Source of the DNA: Azolla caroliniana
Taxonomy: Eukaryota; Plantae; Polypodiophyta
Assembly: GCA_043228905.1 (NCBI GenBank)
Contig: JBHGNT010000008.1
Location: 12,896,001-12,960,000 of the forward strand
Reading direction: 5' to 3'
DNA: 64,000 nucleotides
This document shows, piece after piece, positions 60,750 to 64,000 of this stretch (its first letter is position 1; each line of letters begins with the position of its first letter). The translations under genes were made by a program, and so were the position numbers. The notes under the pieces were generated by a model. It was given only the letters and a program-made list of their open reading frames with translations, had not been told where the DNA came from and searched no databases.

Positions 60750-63700
60750 TGTTGGGAGACAGGTCCCTCCGGGATGGGAAGAGAGAAGAACAGTGCCGGA
60801 TGAGGAGTACCCGGCTACGGAGAGTCGGATGGTGCAGACCCGGTATGAACCGGATGAGGAGTACCCGGCTATAGAGAGCCGGATGGTGCAGACCCGGCAT
60901 GAACCAGATGAAGAGTACCCGGCTACGAAGAGCCGGATGGTGCAGACCCGGTATAAACCGGATGAGGAGTACTCGGCTACGGAGAGCCGGATGGTGCAGA
61001 CCCGGCATGAACCGGATGAAGAGTACCCGGCTACGGAGAGCCGGATGGTGCAGACCCGGTATGAACCGAATGAGGAGTACTCGGCTACGGAGAGCCGGAT
61101 GATACAGACCCGGTGAAGACCGGATGAGGAGTACCCGGCTACGGAGAACCCGGCTACGGAGAACCGGATGGTACAGACCTGGTGAGAACCGGATGAAGAG
61201 ACATATTCGTAAATATGTTTCTGAGAGCCCATCGAGGGTATATTTGTAAATAGCCAAAAAGTCATATTAGTATAAATATGACTTAGGGCAAACTTACTGT
61301 GAGTTGTTGTTATTTTTCTTGTTGGTGCAAGAAGTAGAGAGTGCACGTAACAGTGAACAGAGATAGAGAGAGAGAAAGAGGTCGCTGCCTCTGTTGTAAC
61401 CGCCGCCTGTGGCGAAGATCGTGAGCACGAGGTCGTTGCCTCCGTGAACTCACTGTTGTATATTTTAGCATAGTGATAGTTTGCAGCCTGTGGGCTGCCG
61501 TGGTTTTTTTTCCTAGTTTGGGTTTCCACGCAAACATCCTATGTACTCTTCTCCTCTTTGTGTCGCGTGTTTTTTTTTCATTTCTTGTTTTTTGTGTATA
61601 AAAGAATCTCGGTTGTGGCCGAGCGTTGGACATAAGGAGCGTTGAGTTCCCGTCAAGTGGTATCACAGCGAAACGACACAGAAAATGGACGAATCACTGG
61701 GCGGCATGTTCAAGCTCACCGGCTCCAACTATTCAGTGTGGAAGTCGAAGATGAGGGATATGCTCGTGGTAAAAGATCTTTGGCTGCCGGTTCAGTTTGG
61801 GGACAAGAGACCGGACAAAATCGACGCCACGATATGGGAGGTGATGCACATGAAGACAACGGCGTACATACGGTGCTTCATCGACATGAGCCTATACAAC
61901 AACTTCAATGAAGAGAGCAAGGCTCATGAGCTCTAGGAGAATATCGGCATAATGTTTCAAAACAAAAATGTTGTTAATCAGGTTTCGGTATTCCGGAAGC
62001 TAGTAAGACTCTGGTACCAAGATGGCTCCAGCATGGCGGAGCATATGAATGCCTTCCAAGGGCTGATACACCAGGCAACGTCATTGGAAGTACCTCTCGC
62101 CGATGAGGTACTAGCGCTACTCCTGCTCGGTTCCCTCCTGGATAGCTGGGAGACGTTGGTTGTCACTTTGGGCAACGCCGGGCCGGAAGGAAAACGGTTA
62201 TCCCTAGCAAGAGTAAAGTCGAGCTTGCTAGATGAGGAGGCGCATCGGAAAGATAAAGATACGAGCTCCAACTCCAAAGCGCTTCTTACCGAATCGGAAC
62301 GCGGAAGACGTAGAAACCGTAGTCCCCAGAACCGGGAGAAGTCAAGGGGGAGGCCCACTTGCTTCTATTGCGGCAAGCTGGGTCATTTCCAAAAGAACTG
62401 TCGGCATTTCCGTAAAGACAAGGAAACCGACGGTACCGATTCGAAGCGGACCCCGGACCGGAACGGTAAAGACCGGAAGGGGCCGGACCGGAAGGGAAGG
62501 ACGGCAATCGCAGCAAGTCAAGAAGAGTTGATGCTCATCACCGAGGAGAGTGAGATAAGCCTTGCCGGCGACGAGATGACCTGGGTGGTAGACTCCGGAG
62601 CATCCTTCCACCTTACCCCGGACCGGAAATGCTTCTCATCCTACTGAGCCGGTGATCACGGCTGTGTCCGGATGGGGAATGAAGGTACATGCCGAATTGT
62701 CGGCATAGGAGACGTGTGTTTGTCGACACCAACCGGATGCAAGTTGCTGCTGAGGGATGTCTGACACGTTCCGGAGGTTCGACTGAACCTAATATCAGCC
62801 GGTCGGCTAGATGATGAAGGCTACACGGGTAGCATCCGGAACGGTGTCATGAAGTTCAGCAAGGGGAGCCTGATTGTGGCTCGGGCCCGGAAGGTCAACA
62901 CCCTGTACCTGATGAATGCCCGGTTATGTCCGGAAGAAGTGAACGTGGCATCCGACACTGCCGGTGAGCTGTGGCACAAGAGGCTGTGTCATATGAGCGA
63001 GAAGGGGATGAAGAGGCTTGCAGACGACAACCTTATTCAAGTGAAGAACGTGCACATGGAGAAGTGCACTGATTGTCTGGCCGGTAAACAAAACCAGACC
63101 TCCTTCTGACCAAGGCCACCGATGAGACGTAATGCACCACTTGAGTTGGTGCATACGGATGTGTGTCAAGTAGACACGAAGTCACATACCGGAGCGCAGT
63201 ACTTCATGACGTTTATAGATGACCACAGTTGGAAGTTGTGGGCCACACCGTTGAAGATGAAGGATCAGGTGCTATCCGTCTTCAAAGAGCTCCACGCGAG
63301 AGTGGAAAGAGAAACTGGCCGGAAGCTGAAGGCGGTTCGAGCAGACAACGGAGGAGAATACCGGGGGCAGTTCGAGGAGTACTGCTGCTCGAAGGGAATC
63401 CGGCTCGAATTTACCGTGCCGAAGACACCGGAACTAAACGGACCGGCCGAGAGGATGAACCGGACCATAATGGAGAGAGTCTGGAGTATGCTAGCGCAGG
63501 CAAAACTACCCAAGAAGTTTTGGGTTGAGGCATTGTCGACGGCGACATACGTGATAAACAAATCACCCTCAGTACCCTTGGACGGAGACACGCCACAGAG
63601 AGTATGGACCGGTAAGGAAGTGTCCTACCGGCATCTGAAGGTGTTCAGGTGTCTCGCGTACGTGCATGTAGCTAAGGACCGGAGAGGAAAGTTAGATCCA

Positions 63701-64000
63701 AAGACCCGGCCATGCTTATTCCTCAGTTACGGTGACGATGAGTTCGGCTACCGAGTGTGGGACCCGGTTGACAAGAAGGTATTCCGGAGTCGAGATATTA
63801 TCTTCATGGAGGACAAGACACATGCCGACTGGGAGTCGGAAAAGAAGATAATGAACTCCGAGTCGACCGGTAAGGATAGACTCTACGATGAGCAGACCCA
63901 ACCGGCAAGAGACCGGTTAGCACTCGAGGAACCAGCCGGTTATGGTGAGGATACCGAACCGGCAGAAGAAGAAGTAGAGGAAGCTGAGACCGGAACCGGC
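60750..64000 (+). mobile_element. Tork-like Copia element N (5' LTR 60750-61655, PBS, gag, PR, INT), running off the window
   Basis: TGTTGGG start; PBS TGGTATCACAGC at 61658; gag from 61685 is close to that of element I. Confidence 0.93.
60796..61200. repeat. About 7 x 54-bp CCGG-rich tandem repeat in the U3 of the N LTR
   Basis: CCGGATGAGGAGTACCCGGC-like starts at 60796, 60850, 60904, 60958, 61012, 61066 and 61120. Confidence 0.95.

Noticed and set aside
60717-61529. Long repeat-protein ORFs on both strands (PDEEYPATESRMVQTR...)
   Set aside because: By-product of a 54-bp (3n) LTR repeat; the related 50-bp unit in element I does not keep frame

Overview
The window is essentially gene-free plant heterochromatin made of nested, mostly degenerate transposable elements. 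The element mix (Tcn1-type gag, tRNA-Trp-primed Gypsy, Sola2-like transposase) suggests a non-seed plant such as a fern, lycophyte or bryophyte; this is an inference. Target-site duplications (TSDs) resolve the nesting. Copia elements fall into two families: Tnt1/Tork-like 'family A' (1-1550, E 18645-22984, I 26640-32079, F 33572-39831, N 60750-end) and 'family B' (2255-3673, C 4293-17306, D 8004-13922 inside C). Gypsy elements are K (25810-42320) and L (49712-52105), both Trp-primed; J (33697-35440), Arg-primed; a Tcn1-like gag (42518-43717); and chromovirus M (55410-60679). Also present: a hAT-type MITE, a tRNA-derived SINE-like element and a spliced Sola2-like DNA transposase. The most unusual signals are: (1) two diverged paralogous coiled-coil ORFs in tandem, visible only after removing nested insertions; (2) exactly six 189-bp satellite monomers inside a Copia gag, between a 181-bp duplication; (3) a micro-inversion that flips the PBS of element D; (4) a conserved stem-loop around the PPT and an in-frame extension after RNase H in family B; (5) a transposase intron filled with a 14-bp palindrome array. 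No host protein-coding gene, rRNA, intact tRNA or CRISPR array was found. Lineage names come from motif recognition, not from database searches.
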